From Candidatus Woesebacteria bacterium (GTDB taxonomy: Bacteria; Patescibacteriota; Microgenomatia; UBA1400; MFAQ01), in contig DAOORK010000001.1 in assembly GCA_035389185.1 (NCBI GenBank), positions 446,218-510,217 on the forward strand: a DNA stretch of 64,000 nt, written 5' to 3'. Numbering within the stretch: the first letter of the stretch is position 1; every line of letters begins with the position of its first letter. The position numbers and the translations under genes are program-made. Below, piece after piece: positions 40,225 to 49,714 of this stretch. The notes under the pieces are model-generated. The model had not been told where the DNA came from, did not search any database, and saw only the letters and a list, made by a program, of their open reading frames with translations.

Positions 40225-42351
40225 TTATTCTTCGGATTCTTCGTTTTGGGGCAGATATTCTTCAAAACTATTAACAATAATTTCACGAGGCTTATTACCT
40301 TCGGCATGGGCGAGAATTCCTGCCTGTTCAAGCTGGTCTAGAATTCTGGCGGCTCTGGCATAGCCAATTTCCAAACGACGTTGTAGGAGAGAGGCGGACC
40401 CTTTGCCTTCGGCTATACAAAGACGAGCCGCTTCTTCGAATTTTTCATCGACGTTGCCCATGTCTTGGCCAGTGGCTGAGATAGTGCCTCGAGGAGTACT
40501 TCCCTTGGTAATATTTTCATCGTTTTTGGCTTCAACTCCCATGCTGTGAATGAACTTGAGCATATCACCTATCTCTTTATCAGAGACAAAAGCACCTTGA
40601 ATACGTTTGGGTTTGGCTACATCCGGAGGAATGAAAAGCATGTCACCCTTACCTAGTAGTTTTTCAGCACCTGGAGAATCGATGATGACACGAGAGTCAA
40701 TCATGGAAGTCACCTGGAAGGCAATACGAGCAGGGATGTTGGCTTTGATTAGACCGGTAAGGACATTTACGGATGGACGCTGTGTGGCAAGAACAAGATG
40801 AATACCAACTGCGCGAGCCATTTGGGCGATACGGACAATATGATTTTCCACATCGCCGGCATTCTTACTCATCATAATGTCGGCCATTTCGTCGACAATG
40901 ATGATGATATAAGGCATTGACTGAAAAGCTTTACTTTCGTTGTAAGAGGCAATATTTTTGACGCCAACCTCCTGGAAAATTTTGTAGCGACGCTCCATTT
41001 CGGCCACTGCCCAACCAAGAGCGTTAACAACTTTATCAACTTCGGTGATGACGTCGGTCAAAAGATGAGGAATACCATTGTAGGGAGTTAGTTCGACACG
41101 CTTGGGATCGACCATAATGAATTTGACCTCTTCGGGAGAAGAACGGAACAAGATTGAGGAAATAAAAGCGTTGATAAGAACGGATTTTCCGGAACCTGTG
41201 GTACCGGCGATGAGGATGTGGGGCATTTTGGCGATATCTACGACACACGGAGAACCAGAAACGTCGAGACCGAGAGAAACAACAGTTTTTGATTTATTCC
41301 CCTGCATAACAGAGGATGAAAGCATGTCGCGCAGAGAAACAAACTCTAGCGAACGATTGGGAATTTCGATACCGACTAAATCGCGACCGGGAATGGGGGC
41401 TTCGATACGAATCTGACCCTGGGGTGCAGCAAGGGCTAAGGCGAGATCTGATTGCAAAGCGTTGATTTTGGAAAGCTTGGTGCCCATAGCAATTGTAAGA
41501 GCATACTGAGTAACAGCCGGACCTTTGTGGACTTCGGAAACGTGTGCTTGAATACCAAACGACTCGAGAGTGTTTTGGATTACTTCGATGTTTTTATTGA
41601 TATCTCCTCGGTCTGCTTTACCCATTTTTTGGTCGGAGAGAATAGAGAGAGGTGGATACTGCCAGATGATAGCCGTAGCGCCTTCAAGCAGAGGTTTGGG
41701 GGGAAGGGGTGCCACAGAAGTATTTTTGTGTTTTTGAGATTCGTCGATGTGAACAACTGCTGATGCCGCGGAGTAGTTGTCTTCACCGCCAGTAATTTTG
41801 ACTGCGGTTGGTCTGCTGACAAAGCCACCTTTCTTACCGAGAGAAAGAGCTTTGAGTTTGTCACTAGTTTCCCCAAGTTTTTTGGAGCTTTCTTGGATAA
41901 GTACTACTAGATCCTCAATAGAGGTTTCAAACAAAATAAAGATGCCGATAATAGTGCCAACAACGAAGAAAACAATCGCTCCAGGAACGGAGATTAGTGA
42001 GGCGACCGAGTCTCTCATACCCGTGCCAATACTGCCAGAACCAGAAAGACCACTTAGGGAAATCATGGTGATGACACTGCCAAGAAGGACGTGGGGCGAG
42101 GCTATAGCAAGTTTGACATGGGTAAGAAGCAAACCACCGACGATAAAGATAAAGGGCAAAAAAATGAGGGGCCATCCAATAAAATCACGACCTATTTCGT
42201 AGACCTTGGTAAGAAATTCTCCTTGCTGAGAAAAGGAAATGGCAATAAGAGCTCCAATGCCCATGATTACCACGGCCAAGATGGAGTTGACGGTATCTTT
42301 TTTCAGATTTAGCTTGTACGGCTTTGAACGGCGACCTTTTTTACGAGCCAT
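40225..42351 (-). CDS. ftsK: DNA translocase FtsK/SpoIIIE
   Basis: RIEAPIPG, PH.LIAGTTGSGKS, DPKRVEL, ATQRPSV, gamma domain LQRRL.IGYARAAR. Confidence 0.98.
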   Translation of the reverse strand: MARKKGRRSKPYKLNLKKDTVNSILAVVIMGIGALIAISFSQQGEFLTKVYEIGRDFIGWPLIFLPFIFIVGGLLLTHVKLAIASPHVLLGSVITMISLSGLSGSGSIGTGMRDSVASLISVPGAIVFFVVGTIIGIFILFETSIEDLVVLIQESSKKLGETSDKLKALSLGKKGGFVSRPTAVKITGGEDNYSAASAVVHIDESQKHKNTSVAPLPPKPLLEGATAIIWQYPPLSILSDQKMGKADRGDINKNIEVIQNTLESFGIQAHVSEVHKGPAVTQYALTIAMGTKLSKINALQSDLALALAAPQGQIRIEAPIPGRDLVGIEIPNRSLEFVSLRDMLSSSVMQGNKSKTVVSLGLDVSGSPCVVDIAKMPHILIAGTTGSGKSVLINAFISSILFRSSPEEVKFIMVDPKRVELTPYNGIPHLLTDVITEVDKVVNALGWAVAEMERRYKIFQEVGVKNIASYNESKAFQSMPYIIIIVDEMADIMMSKNAGDVENHIVRIAQMARAVGIHLVLATQRPSVNVLTGLIKANIPARIAFQVTSMIDSRVIIDSPGAEKLLGKGDMLFIPPDVAKPKRIQGAFVSDKEIGDMLKFIHSMGVEAKNDENITKGSTPRGTISATGQDMGNVDEKFEEAARLCIAEGKGSASLLQRRLEIGYARAARILDQLEQAGILAHAEGNKPREIIVNSFEEYLPQNEESEE

Positions 42352-42385
42352 AGATAACTTTTAGTATAGCTTAAGAGTTTAAAAA

Positions 42386-44167
42386 TTAAACCTCTAGAAG
42401 TATGGCGATGACCAATGGACGTCTTTGGGTGTGATCGAAAGCGAACTTCTCCAACTGGCCTTCAATCTTTTTGCGAATGAATCCCCAGTCTGTTGCTTGG
42501 CCTTTGAGATCTTTGAGACAGGCGTAAACATGTTTGCGGGCGTCGTTGATTAACTCTTGTGACTCTTTTTGGTAAACAAAACCACGAGAGATAATTTCGA
42601 TGTCGCCGGCAACTTGGGAGTTGTCTTTACGTAAAGGAACAATGGCGAGGAGAACTCCATCTTCGGACATTACTTGACGATCACGAAGAACAACTGTGCC
42701 AACGTCGCCAATTCCCAGACCATCAACATAGACGTTTCTGGTTTCGAATTTGGGGCCTTCTTTAATAATATGGTTTTCAATAATGATCGACTGACCTTCA
42801 GAAAGAATAGTAACGGCATCCGGACTTAGGTTCATGTCTTTGGCGAGGTTTTTGTAGAGCATCATGTGACGAAGGTCGCCTCCGATGGGGATGATGTTTT
42901 TGGGTTTGATAAGTCGGGCGAGAAGGGCAAGATCTCCCTTGTAACCATGACCGGAAACGTGGAGGTGTTCAGAAGTACCGGAGTAAATGACATCGATATT
43001 GTTTTTGTACAGAGTATCCATGAGGTTAAAAATATCAGCATCGTTACCAGTGCCCGGAATAGCAGTGGAACTAATGATGACCTTATCCCCTTTCTTCAGG
43101 CGAACCATACGGTGCTCGCCGTTGGCTAGTCTATGCATGGCCGAACCTGCCTGACCCTGTGAACCGGAGACAATCATGGTGACTTGACCTGCCGGAAGAG
43201 TGTTGGCCTGTTGGGGTTTGATAAAGACACCTGCGGGAACTTTCATGAAACCAGTTTTGATGGCCGCTTCAATATTTTGCTCCACAGAACGTCCAATGAT
43301 AGCCACCTTGCGGTGATATTTCATCGAAGCTTCGATCGCAATTTGAAAACGAGAAATGGAAGAGGACATGCCGGTGAAGATGACTTTACCAACAGTATTG
43401 CGGATTTCATTATCGATAGCGGTAACAAGAGATCTTTCCGAAGGACAAAAACCTTCTTTCTCGATACCCAGACAGTCGGTGAGCAACAAATCGACACCTT
43501 CAACACCGGCGGCAGCCATACTGCCAAGATCTGGGGGAAGGTTGTCGATGGGGGTGAGATCGAACTTGTAATCAGCACCATGGTAGACAGTACTATTGGG
43601 GGTTTTGATCAAAAGATGAAAACAGTCCGGAACAGAGTGGGTGGAGTGAATAAGTTCAATATGAAAAGGACCAAGGTCTAAGTGCCCTTCAACAGTGGTC
43701 ATACGATTGGGAATGCCAAACTCACGAACTTTGATCTCGGCCATGGCAATGGCGAGTCTGCCGCCAAAAACTTCGACATTTTTGAGTCGGGGAAGAATGT
43801 AGGGAAGACCGCCGATATGATCCATGTGAGGATGGGTAACAACGATACCGAGCAGATTTTTACCTGGTTTTTCCAGATAACTAATATCCGGGATGACAGA
43901 GTCAACACCAAGGGCATTATCCTGGGGGAAACCCATACCGCAGTCGACAACGAGTTGGTCGTCGCCATATTCGTAAACATACATATTTTTGGTGACCGAA
44001 CCGACACCGCCAAGAGGAATAATTTTTAAACTCGGGAAATGAGAAATTGGTTTCTCGGGAATTGGTTTGTAGGCCGAAACGGGTTTCTCCGGGTTCTGTT
44101 TGAAACCAAACCTAGGTTTTTCCGTTTTTGGCATAGCTGATAACTGGGGATTTTTATTTATATCCAT
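42386..44167 (-). CDS. rnj: Ribonuclease J
   Basis: IPLGG....KNM, THPHMDHIG, HSVPD, GSQG, HVSGH. Confidence 0.96.
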   Translation of the reverse strand: MDINKNPQLSAMPKTEKPRFGFKQNPEKPVSAYKPIPEKPISHFPSLKIIPLGGVGSVTKNMYVYEYGDDQLVVDCGMGFPQDNALGVDSVIPDISYLEKPGKNLLGIVVTHPHMDHIGGLPYILPRLKNVEVFGGRLAIAMAEIKVREFGIPNRMTTVEGHLDLGPFHIELIHSTHSVPDCFHLLIKTPNSTVYHGADYKFDLTPIDNLPPDLGSMAAAGVEGVDLLLTDCLGIEKEGFCPSERSLVTAIDNEIRNTVGKVIFTGMSSSISRFQIAIEASMKYHRKVAIIGRSVEQNIEAAIKTGFMKVPAGVFIKPQQANTLPAGQVTMIVSGSQGQAGSAMHRLANGEHRMVRLKKGDKVIISSTAIPGTGNDADIFNLMDTLYKNNIDVIYSGTSEHLHVSGHGYKGDLALLARLIKPKNIIPIGGDLRHMMLYKNLAKDMNLSPDAVTILSEGQSIIIENHIIKEGPKFETRNVYVDGLGIGDVGTVVLRDRQVMSEDGVLLAIVPLRKDNSQVAGDIEIISRGFVYQKESQELINDARKHVYACLKDLKGQATDWGFIRKKIEGQLEKFAFDHTQRRPLVIAILLEV

Positions 44168-44368
44168 AACAATTTTTATTTAATTACTAAACTGATCAAT
44201 ACAGCCGCGCTGCTTGAACACGCCAACAAAAAGCTGGCTTACTTAAATTCATTTTACACTTACTAAGGAAATTGTTTGGGGACCGGAGCTGCAATATAAA
44301 ACTCTTGGGTAACTAACGCTATCTTAGTCAAAGTCTAAACGTAATATGGGGTTATTATACACTAAAAG

Positions 44369-44390
44369 AAAACCCCGCTGATTAGCGGGG
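44369..44390 (-). terminator. Intrinsic terminator of orphan 44412..44699
   Basis: CCCCGCT-AATC-AGCGGGG-TTTTCTTTT. Confidence 0.8.
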
Positions 44391-44411
44391 CTTGTTTTTT
44401 ATTCGAACAGC

Positions 44412-44699
44412 TTATTCTCTAGCTCTTGTGAGAACACCTCTTGTCTCTAAGGCAATATAGATCATCGACTTCATTAACTTTTGTTCGGGTGACCCACTCT
44501 TTGCAATCTCCTCTAAGTTAACTAATTTCCACCCTTTGTTCTCCTTGTCAGCGTTAATTTCACCTGCACTCACAAAGTAATGATCAAACAATTCGTTTGG
44601 TTTAGTGATAAAAATAGCTTCATTTTCTTTGACAACAACACCAAACGTATCTCCAGTCTCAGACGTGAAACTATCTCCAACTTCAAACACAATCTTCAT
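44412..44699 (-). CDS. Hypothetical protein, 95 aa (SD-led orphan)
   Basis: GGAGG-5nt-ATG; own promoter and terminator. Confidence 0.8.
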   Translation of the reverse strand: MKIVFEVGDSFTSETGDTFGVVVKENEAIFITKPNELFDHYFVSAGEINADKENKGWKLVNLEEIAKSGSPEQKLMKSMIYIALETRGVLTRARE

Positions 44700-44704
44700 T
44701 TAAT

Positions 44705-44775
44705 CCTCCAAAATTTCAAAGAATGTTATTGCTTTCTGCTGCTGGTATTGTAATATCCCGAACGTGAAATGTCAA
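44705..44775 (-). promoter_or_regulatory. Promoter, boxA-like element and SD of orphan 44412..44699
   Basis: TTGACA (44770-44775), 17 nt, TACAAT (44747-44752); ATTCTTTGAAA (44714-44724); GGAGG. Confidence 0.75.
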
Positions 44776-44787
44776 GCTATAGGGTAG

Positions 44788-45852
44788 TTACCACTTGGGG
44801 AGGAAGGACTTGATGTTCTCAGGAGTAAGAGATACCGTTTTAACTTGGCCGGTAACAAGAAGCATGGCTACTTTACGAACAACTCCTTCAATGGTGCGGT
44901 TTAGAGTACGAATACCAGCATCATAACCTAGAGGCCGGATGATTGTTGGCCACAAAGCCGGGTCGATGGTGATGAGAGTCGGGTCCATACCGGCTGCTTC
45001 TAAGGCTTTGGGGAACAAATAATCCTGGGCAATATGGGATTTCTCATCATCGGTGTAAGAAGGCATTTGAATCGGTTCAAGACGATCCATAACAGCCGTC
45101 GCTAGATTGCCGGTGTTGTTGGCCGTGGCAATAAACATGACCTCGGAGAGATCGACAGGGTAATCGATGAAATGATCGAGGAAACGATTGTTTTGAGTGG
45201 GGTCAAGGAGCTCAACCAAAACACCCATGATGTCGGCTCTGGCGCTTTCGGTAACACGATCAATTTCGTCAAGAAGAATAATAGGGTTTTTGACACCTGA
45301 GTCACAGAGAGCTCTAACAATATAACCAGGTTCAGCTTCAAGATGAAGACGAGACTCACCGCGAAGGTCTTTGGCTGAACCAAGCCCTCCAAAAGGAATA
45401 CGGGCGATGGGACGGCCGAGAGCTTCTGAAAGCGCATAGGCAAAGGTGGTTTTTCCGGTACCAACCAAGCCGACGAGACAGATAATAGGAGCGCGAGCAA
45501 CACCCATATTACGTGACGAACGGAGTTTAAGAACAGACATGTACTCAAGAATACGTTCTTTGACATCGTTCATTCCGTAGTGATGTTTATCGAGTGTATC
45601 TTTGATCGAAACTAGATCAATTGGTCTTTCTACCCGTTTGTTCCATGGTACTTTGGACACCCAGTTGATGTAGTGGCTTAGTTTTTCGTATTCTTCCGAG
45701 AAAAAACCCTGACTCGACAGACGCTCAAGACGAGCGATCATATCTAAAGTATTGTCTTTTAGCTCGGGAGGTACCTCAATCGTCTGGATCTTCTGACGAA
45801 GATCGTCAAGCATAGAGGAAGGTTGGGTTGGTGCCTGGGCAGAAGGATCCAT
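44788..45852 (-). CDS. Lon-type AAA+ ATPase module without N-domain or protease domain
   Basis: LDKHHYGM.DVKERILEY, GLVGTGKT, NPIILLDEID, ELLDP.QN..F.DHF....DLS.V.FIATAN; ends at 354 aa. Confidence 0.88.
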   Translation of the reverse strand: MDPSAQAPTQPSSMLDDLRQKIQTIEVPPELKDNTLDMIARLERLSSQGFFSEEYEKLSHYINWVSKVPWNKRVERPIDLVSIKDTLDKHHYGMNDVKERILEYMSVLKLRSSRNMGVARAPIICLVGLVGTGKTTFAYALSEALGRPIARIPFGGLGSAKDLRGESRLHLEAEPGYIVRALCDSGVKNPIILLDEIDRVTESARADIMGVLVELLDPTQNNRFLDHFIDYPVDLSEVMFIATANNTGNLATAVMDRLEPIQMPSYTDDEKSHIAQDYLFPKALEAAGMDPTLITIDPALWPTIIRPLGYDAGIRTLNRTIEGVVRKVAMLLVTGQVKTVSLTPENIKSFLPKW

Positions 45853-45883
45853 AGATTCATTATATATGGACTATTGAAGAAAC

Positions 45884-45910
45884 AAAAAGCCCCGGTTCCT
45901 CCCGGGGCTT
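45884..45910 (-). terminator. Intrinsic terminator after pnp
   Basis: AAGCCCCGG-GAGGAA-CCGGGGC-TTTTT. Confidence 0.85.
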
Positions 45911-45940
45911 TCATAAGCTAAGGCCTGTACTAATTGTACA

Positions 45941-48115
45941 TTAACGACTGTCTCTGAAGTTACGGAAGTTTGGGCGACTACCACCATTTCTTTGACCACC
46001 ACGATCTTCACCAAATCTTGGTCTATCCCCGCCTCCCATTGGACGTTCGGCTCTTATGGGAGCTTCACCTTCCTTGAGCATGGTGAGATTGACACGACCC
46101 ATGGAGTCAACTTCGTAACAACGAACCTCGACTTTGTCACCGATCTTCATTGCTTTGAAGACTTCCGGCTGAACCTGGGAAATATGAACAAGGCCATCTT
46201 TTCCGGGGATGATATTCACGAAAGCACCAAAGGCTTCGATTCTGGCGACAGTGCCTTGATATGTTTTACCAACTTCGGCTTCGGCAACGATGGAGTCAAT
46301 ATAGGCGCGAGCGCCGTCGACTTTGGCTTGATCGGAACCGGTAACGGTGACAGTGCCATCATCTTCAATATTAACTTCAACCAAGAAATCATCTTGAATC
46401 TGATGGATGATCTTGCCACCTGAACCAATAACGTCACCGATCTTGGCAACCGGGACTTTGGTGGAAACAATCTTGGGAGCATATTGGGAAAGTTTCTCAC
46501 GAGGAGCGGCGATGGCTTCGGTCATAAGTTCAAGAATCTTCAATCTGGCGCGCTTGGCTTGTTCAACAGCTTGGGTTAGAACTTCGGCTTTGATTCCAGT
46601 GACTTTGACATCCATCTGAAGCGCGGTAATACCGTCGACTGTACCAGCAACTTTGAAGTCCATATCACCAAGGTGATCTTCAAGACCACAGATATCGGTT
46701 AGAGTAACAAACTTATCTCCTTCGGTAATAAGACCCATGGCTGTACCAGCAACAGGTTTTCTGATTGGAACACCAGCGTCCATGAGGGACAAAGTGGAAC
46801 CACAAATAGAAGCTTGAGAGGTGGAACCGTTTGAAGACATGACTTCGGAAACAATACGAATGGCGTAAGGAAACTCATTTTGGTCAGGAAGAACCGGAAT
46901 AAGAGCTCTTTCGGCTAGTGCACCGTGACCAACTTCACGACGGCCAGTACCTGGGCGCCCTACCTCACCGGCAGCAAAGCCAGGCATGTTGTAGTGATGC
47001 ATGTAGCGCTTGGTGGACTCGCCTTTCATACCATCGATAAGCTGTTCACGGGCTGGTGAACCAAGGGTGACGACTGAGAGAACATGAGTGAGACCTCTTT
47101 GGAAGAAAGCCGAACCGTGGGTTCGAGGAAGAAGACCAACTTCAATGTTTATTGGGCGAATCTCTTCGACATCACGACCGTCTGGACGCTGTTTTTTCTC
47201 AATAATATTTTTTCGAGCTAAGTCACGAAGCATATTGTCGGCTGTTTCAGCGATATGGCTAGGATTATGTTCGGGGTGAGCGGCAATAATGGAATCGACT
47301 ATTTCTCTTGCTTGAGTACCGGTTTTGGTGGCTTCGTTTTTAAGAATTGCTTCCAAATCACCAATCTCATCGGCAACAAATTTTTTGATTTCAGGATCCA
47401 TTTCTATGCGGGCAATGGTACGTTTGGTTTTGCCATGTTCTTTGGCGAATTTTTCGATACCACTGGCGATGGTGTCGATGTATTCCTGAGCGAAAGCCAA
47501 AGCACCGGTCATTTTTTCTTCCGAGACTTCATTGGCACCAGCCTCAACCATACAGATACCACCTTTGGGTCCGGAAACAACCAGGTCCATTGGAGAGGTA
47601 TTTTTTTGTTCTTCTGTGGGGTTGACGATGTATTCTCCTTCGGGAGTCATACCAATACGAACTGCACCAACAGGTCCAGCCCAGGGATAGTCGGAAATGG
47701 AGATGGCAGCGGAAGCGGCAACGATGGCAAGAATTTCTGGTTCTTCAACTCCGTCTATAGAAAGAGGAGAGACAAGAACTTGAACTTCGTTTCTGCTGGA
47801 TTGATCGAAAAGAGGTCTTATGGAACGGTCGATTACGCGACCGGTGAGAATTTCGGTTTCTGCGGGTCGGCCTTCACGTTTGATAAAACGACTGGAGCTA
47901 ATGACTCCACCTGCATAAAGTTTTTCTTGGTATTCGATAGAAAGAGGAAAATAATCAATTCCTTCTTTAACACGATTTGTGGCTACACAAGAAGCAATAA
48001 CGACGGTGTCGCCGCATCTGACGGTCACAGAACCTGAGGCCTGGGCGCCAAAACGACCGGTCTCGATTGTAATAGTTTTACCATTGAGGACAATGGTGGT
48101 TTGAGGATGTGTCAT
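45941..48115 (-). CDS. pnp: Polyribonucleotide nucleotidyltransferase (start placed at ATG 48115)
   Basis: IDRSIRPLF, RTHGSA.F.RG, SNGSTSQAS, GDMDFKVAG, KH and S1 domains. Confidence 0.98.
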   Translation of the reverse strand: MTHPQTTIVLNGKTITIETGRFGAQASGSVTVRCGDTVVIASCVATNRVKEGIDYFPLSIEYQEKLYAGGVISSSRFIKREGRPAETEILTGRVIDRSIRPLFDQSSRNEVQVLVSPLSIDGVEEPEILAIVAASAAISISDYPWAGPVGAVRIGMTPEGEYIVNPTEEQKNTSPMDLVVSGPKGGICMVEAGANEVSEEKMTGALAFAQEYIDTIASGIEKFAKEHGKTKRTIARIEMDPEIKKFVADEIGDLEAILKNEATKTGTQAREIVDSIIAAHPEHNPSHIAETADNMLRDLARKNIIEKKQRPDGRDVEEIRPINIEVGLLPRTHGSAFFQRGLTHVLSVVTLGSPAREQLIDGMKGESTKRYMHHYNMPGFAAGEVGRPGTGRREVGHGALAERALIPVLPDQNEFPYAIRIVSEVMSSNGSTSQASICGSTLSLMDAGVPIRKPVAGTAMGLITEGDKFVTLTDICGLEDHLGDMDFKVAGTVDGITALQMDVKVTGIKAEVLTQAVEQAKRARLKILELMTEAIAAPREKLSQYAPKIVSTKVPVAKIGDVIGSGGKIIHQIQDDFLVEVNIEDDGTVTVTGSDQAKVDGARAYIDSIVAEAEVGKTYQGTVARIEAFGAFVNIIPGKDGLVHISQVQPEVFKAMKIGDKVEVRCYEVDSMGRVNLTMLKEGEAPIRAERPMGGGDRPRFGEDRGGQRNGGSRPNFRNFRDSR

Positions 48116-48144
48116 CCTGAATCCTTTCTTTCGCGCCACCCATT

Positions 48145-48213
48145 CTTGAGAAGAAAACAGAAAATACCCAAAGGCATGGCCTTCGGATGGATATACTCTA
48201 TTTACTCCTCAAG
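48145..48213 (-). promoter_or_regulatory. Long rpsO-pnp intergenic stem-loop (putative RNase III site)
   Basis: CTTGAGGAG..AAATAGAG..ATCCGAAGG / CCTTTGGGT..TTCTGTTT..CTTCTCAAG. Confidence 0.6.
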
Positions 48214-48214
48214 C

Positions 48215-48505
48215 TTATTCTGCGGAGTCGCGCAACTGACTGTTAATGTTTAGAGACTTGGTAACTTCGAGATAGTCTTTGGTGTTTGATTTGGCTAGGT
48301 AGTTTAAGAGACGGCGTCTCTTGGAGATGATTTTCAATAAACCACGACGGGAGTGATTGTCCTTTTTGTGAACCTTGAGGTGGCCGGTGAGTTCTTCGAT
48401 TTGAGAAGTAAGAAGGGCAATTTGCACGCGAGGAGAACCGGTGTCTTTATCACTGGCGGCGAATTTTTTGATAATGTCGATTTTTATTTCTGATTTAAGA
48501 GCCAT
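48215..48505 (-). CDS. rpsO: 30S ribosomal protein uS15 (start placed at ATG 48505)
   Basis: DTGSP.VQIALLT, HL..HKKD.HSRRGL, KRRRLL.YL. Confidence 0.97.
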   Translation of the reverse strand: MALKSEIKIDIIKKFAASDKDTGSPRVQIALLTSQIEELTGHLKVHKKDNHSRRGLLKIISKRRRLLNYLAKSNTKDYLEVTKSLNINSQLRDSAE

Positions 48506-48552
48506 ATCGGTGTGTATTGTAACAGATATATATATTTTTGCCAAGAAGGAAG

Positions 48553-48795
48553 CTAGTTTTCTTTGTCGTGAGTGGTTTGGGACATTTCGATAAAAGTGGG
48601 CTTGGGAGTAGGATTTACTGGTTCTGGTGTCATACCCATGTTTTTCCAAAATTTTACTTCATCTGGATTTAACATCACAATCTGATCTATTGATGTTTGT
48701 TTTACGGGATCTGATATTTGCTGATAAGAACCATCGGGATTCCTTAGTTTGAAGGGAAGTGTGATATCTGATTGTTTTTCGCCTGTTTCGCCCAT
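48553..48795 (-). CDS. Hypothetical protein, 80 aa (apparently leaderless)
   Basis: Fills the gap; TGC-TAGAAT 5 nt before ATG. Confidence 0.6.
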   Translation of the reverse strand: MGETGEKQSDITLPFKLRNPDGSYQQISDPVKQTSIDQIVMLNPDEVKFWKNMGMTPEPVNPTPKPTFIEMSQTTHDKEN

Positions 48796-48813
48796 AGATT
48801 ATTCTAGCAAGAG

Positions 48814-49713
48814 TTAATCGTTCTTACTGTTGACGCGGAATATTTTGGGTTTACTCCAGTCGGAAGGCACCGGGGCGTCTTCCTCTTGAGGTAAAGGAAT
48901 GTTTTCTTCCACCTGGGGAAGTGACGATGTTTCCGAGGCATCGAAAAATGGAGGTTGAGAAAAACGAGGTGCCGGTATTTCTTCACGAGGTACTGTAGCA
49001 CCGGAGCGCATGAGGAAAGCAATGGCGGCAAAAGTATCAGCAGTGAGACGGCCGGCGGTAAGGTTGTTGGTCGAGTCGTATATATTGTTCAGGAGTTTTT
49101 GAGCAACTTCGATATTAGTATTGAGTTCTATGATTTCCAAAAGAGAAGCAATCAACTCTGAAAATGAACCACAGTTTTTATGAAAAGAGTTTCCGGTAAA
49201 GGCTGCTGGTTTGAGGGAGTTGCTTAGACTAATGATATTGGCGTTATCTAGGAAATGTTTTTCTTCAGCATAGATTTTGCCAAGCTCTTCGAGTGAGCTA
49301 ACCCCAAGGGTAATGACAAGATCGGCATTTGCACCGGAGTATGAGAACTTAACGTCTCTAACCTCGGGGACAGGAGCGTTCACTTTGGGTTTGACAAGTA
49401 AGTAAAACTTCCCGTCTTCACGAACATCGTAATCGACTTTATCAAGATCCTCTTCTTTGTAATCAAAAGAGATAATCAAATTACGACTGCCGATGGTGTC
49501 AGGAATTTCTGCGATGCCGGCGATTGGTGAGTCAAGATGAACTTCACTTCCGCAGCCGAGTTTGGAGACTTTTCCTGATTCGGCCAGAGAAAGATGGAGA
49601 CAAGTAGCGGCCGTGATAAGATCTTTTCCAGGATCGGAAGGGAGAATAACGATAATAGACTTGGCAGTATCAACTAAGTTTTTGATAGTTGAGAAATTGT
49701 TTTTGTCTTCCAT
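48814..49713 (-). CDS. Degenerate DHH/NrnA-like protein with Pro-rich tail
   Basis: AKSI.V....P..D...A...L N-terminus, DLVITLG, SELI..L, DSTN...TADTF; no DHH motif. Confidence 0.65.
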   Translation of the reverse strand: MEDKNNFSTIKNLVDTAKSIIVILPSDPGKDLITAATCLHLSLAESGKVSKLGCGSEVHLDSPIAGIAEIPDTIGSRNLIISFDYKEEDLDKVDYDVREDGKFYLLVKPKVNAPVPEVRDVKFSYSGANADLVITLGVSSLEELGKIYAEEKHFLDNANIISLSNSLKPAAFTGNSFHKNCGSFSELIASLLEIIELNTNIEVAQKLLNNIYDSTNNLTAGRLTADTFAAIAFLMRSGATVPREEIPAPRFSQPPFFDASETSSLPQVEENIPLPQEEDAPVPSDWSKPKIFRVNSKND

Positions 49714-49714
49714 A

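Noticed and set aside
47255-48037. 260-aa + strand ORF
   Set aside because: Antisense shadow inside pnp, with no motif or expression signal.
48506-48649. N-terminal extension of uS15 (also long starts for secY, pnp, nusA, mltG and the YtxH-like gene)
   Set aside because: Longest-ORF artefacts: homology and -10 positions favour downstream starts, and the extensions overlap neighbouring genes or regulatory hairpins.
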